The position numbers were made by a program, and so were the translations under genes. Of a DNA stretch of 32,000 nucleotides, positions 30,122-32,000 are shown one piece after another. Origin of the DNA: Synechococcus elongatus PCC 6301 (GTDB lineage: Bacteria; Cyanobacteriota; Cyanobacteriia; Synechococcales; Synechococcaceae). The first letter of the stretch is position 1. Every line of letters starts with the position of its first letter. Where the stretch lies: positions 900,001-932,000 of the forward strand of contig NC_006576.1 in assembly GCF_000010065.1 (NCBI RefSeq), given 5' to 3'. The notes under the pieces were generated by a model. It searched no databases. It saw nothing but the letters and a program-made list of their open reading frames with translations, and was not told the DNA's origin.

Positions 30122-31648
30122 ATGGGACTACCCTGGTACCGTGTCCACACGGTCGTCCTCAATGATCCGGGACGACTGATTGCAGTGCACTTGATGCACA
30201 CTGCCCTCGTGGCAGGTTGGGCAGGTTCGATGGCTTTATACGAACTTGCCATTTTTGATCCTTCTGATGCCGTGCTGAACCCCATGTGGCGGCAAGGCAT
30301 GTTCGTGTTGCCGTTCATGGCGCGTTTGGGCGTCACCCAATCTTGGGGTGGCTGGAGCATCACCGGCGAAACCGCCGTGGATCCTGGCTATTGGAGCTTT
30401 GAAGGCGTCGCGATCGCCCACATCGTACTGTCGGGTCTGCTGTTCCTCGCAGCAGTCTGGCACTGGGTCTACTGGGACCTCGAACTCTTTACCGATCCCC
30501 GCACCGGCGAACCGGCCTTGGACCTGCCAAAAATGTTTGGCATCCACCTGTTCCTCTCCGGTCTTCTTTGCTTCGGCTTCGGTGCTTTCCACCTGTCTGG
30601 CCTCTGGGGCCCGGGGATGTGGGTCTCCGATCCCTACGGCTTGACCGGCCATGTCCAACCAGTTGCCCCGGCCTGGGGTCCTGAAGGCTTCAACCCCTTC
30701 AATCCGGGTGGCATTGTGGCTCACCACATTGCAGCCGGTGTCGTTGGCATCGTCGCAGGCCTCTTCCACCTGACGGTTCGTCCCCCCGAGCGCCTCTACA
30801 AAGCGCTGCGGATGGGCAACATCGAAACCGTCTTGTCGAGCTCCTTGGCAGCAGTCTTCTTCGCTGCTTTTGTGGTCGCTGGCACGATGTGGTACGGCAA
30901 CGCTGCCACGCCAGTCGAACTGTTTGGCCCAACTCGCTACCAGTGGGACCAAGGCTACTTCCGTCAGGAAATTGCCCGCCGGGTTGATACGGCTGTCGCC
31001 AGTGGCGCTTCTTTAGAGGAAGCTTGGAGCTCCATTCCTGAAAAACTGGCCTTCTATGACTACGTCGGCAACAGCCCTGCTAAAGGTGGCTTGTTCCGTA
31101 CCGGTCAGATGAACAAAGGTGACGGGATTGCCCAAGGCTGGCTCGGCCACGCTGTCTTCAAGGACAAAAATGGCGATGTGCTCGACGTCCGTCGCTTGCC
31201 GAACTTCTTCGAGAACTTCCCGATCGTCTTGACTGACAGCAAAGGTGCTGTGCGGGCAGACATTCCTTTCCGTCGTGCTGAAGCGAAATTCAGCTTCGAG
31301 GAAACCGGAATTACGGCTAGCTTCTACGGCGGTTCTCTGAATGGCCAAACCATCACTGATCCGGCGCAGGTGAAGAAATACGCCCGTAAGGCTCAGTTGG
31401 GTGAAGCGTTCGAATTCGACACCGAAACCCTTAACTCGGACGGTGTGTTCCGGACTTCGCCGCGTGGCTGGTTCACCTTTGGTCACGCCAGCTTTGCTCT
31501 GCTCTTCTTCTTTGGCCATATCTGGCACGGCTCTCGGACGCTGTTCCGCGATGTCTTTGCTGGGATTGAAGCCGACTTGGGCGAGCAGATTGAATTCGGG
31601 GCCTTCCAGAAATTGGGTGACCCGACCACTCGGAAAACAGCCGCTTAA
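30122..31648 (+). CDS. psbB: Photosystem II CP47 chlorophyll-binding protein
   Basis: [70 protein letters not shown]... Confidence 0.99.
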   Translation: MGLPWYRVHTVVLNDPGRLIAVHLMHTALVAGWAGSMALYELAIFDPSDAVLNPMWRQGMFVLPFMARLGVTQSWGGWSITGETAVDPGYWSFEGVAIAHIVLSGLLFLAAVWHWVYWDLELFTDPRTGEPALDLPKMFGIHLFLSGLLCFGFGAFHLSGLWGPGMWVSDPYGLTGHVQPVAPAWGPEGFNPFNPGGIVAHHIAAGVVGIVAGLFHLTVRPPERLYKALRMGNIETVLSSSLAAVFFAAFVVAGTMWYGNAATPVELFGPTRYQWDQGYFRQEIARRVDTAVASGASLEEAWSSIPEKLAFYDYVGNSPAKGGLFRTGQMNKGDGIAQGWLGHAVFKDKNGDVLDVRRLPNFFENFPIVLTDSKGAVRADIPFRRAEAKFSFEETGITASFYGGSLNGQTITDPAQVKKYARKAQLGEAFEFDTETLNSDGVFRTSPRGWFTFGHASFALLFFFGHIWHGSRTLFRDVFAGIEADLGEQIEFGAFQKLGDPTTRKTAA

Positions 31649-31724
31649 GGTTGTGAATGGTTAGAGCGGTTTGGGTGATGCTCATTCCGCTCAGCTTTCT
31701 TGCTCTGACTATTGGCTCACGGTC

Positions 31725-31820
31725 ATGGAAAGTCTCGTCTACATCTTCGTTTTCGTTGTGGCACTGGGTGTGCTGTTCTTCGCGATCGCCTTCCGCGAAC
31801 CACCTCGAATCGGCAAATAA
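31725..31820 (+). CDS. psbT: Photosystem II protein T
   Basis: Manual translation MESLVYIFVFVVALGVLFFAIAFREPPRIGK*; 31 aa, downstream of psbB. Confidence 0.95.
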   Translation: MESLVYIFVFVVALGVLFFAIAFREPPRIGK

Positions 31821-32000
31821 CCCGCTACAACTGGCCTACAGCCCCGATGCGACTCTGAGTTTGTAGACCAGTTGACCGCTTAGACTCGTTGTTCCTAGCG
31901 ATCGCAGTTGTTCCTTTTGGAACCGCTTCGATTACACTATGGGGCAACGAGTCTTTGCTTTTAGGGTCGTCTCTGTTTCCGAATCCATGTCTCGGAAACA

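Overview
Cyanobacterial chromosome, most likely Synechococcus elongatus (PCC 7942/6301-like). That assignment is recalled from gene content and HIP1 GCGATCGC density and was not searched. Roughly 1-9.5 kb is one end of an integrated phage-like element. It holds a compact minus-strand replication operon (helicase, VRR-NUC nuclease, primase-like Zn-ribbon protein running off the left edge), small accessory ORFs, a RecT-like recombinase, a dCTP deaminase/dUTPase-like protein, an Xis-like HTH protein and a tyrosine integrase, next to tRNA-Leu(CAA). From about 9.56 kb to the end is ordinary chromosome: murA, tRNA-Leu(CAG), an amidase, ispG, ctp, carB, an ABC1 kinase, an Orn/Lys/Arg decarboxylase, cbiT, a transglutaminase-like gene, a Vat-like acetyltransferase, dprA, a SAM hydrolase (DUF62), a thioesterase, a USP, psbM, a ferredoxin, psbB and psbT. 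The ORF track misses psbM, psbT and the edge-truncated primase. Best second-look items: (1) the non-coding block 2206-2453 in the element, with a 13-bp stem-loop ahead of the helicase, mutually exclusive hairpins, and a promoter-like/terminator-bounded candidate sRNA of about 105 nt whose terminator lies inside the 3' end of an opposing CDS; (2) two divergent genes sharing a single CATG as both start codons; (3) murA lacking any ATG/GTG/TTG upstream of its conserved N-terminus but having a strong SD spaced ahead of an ATT; (4) three GTGG(M)CTA repeats at exact 12-bp period abutting the integrase start; (5) a perfect 34-nt HIP1-centred palindrome followed by a T-run between ctp and carB. I did not find a convincing new multi-gene defence or CRISPR-type system.
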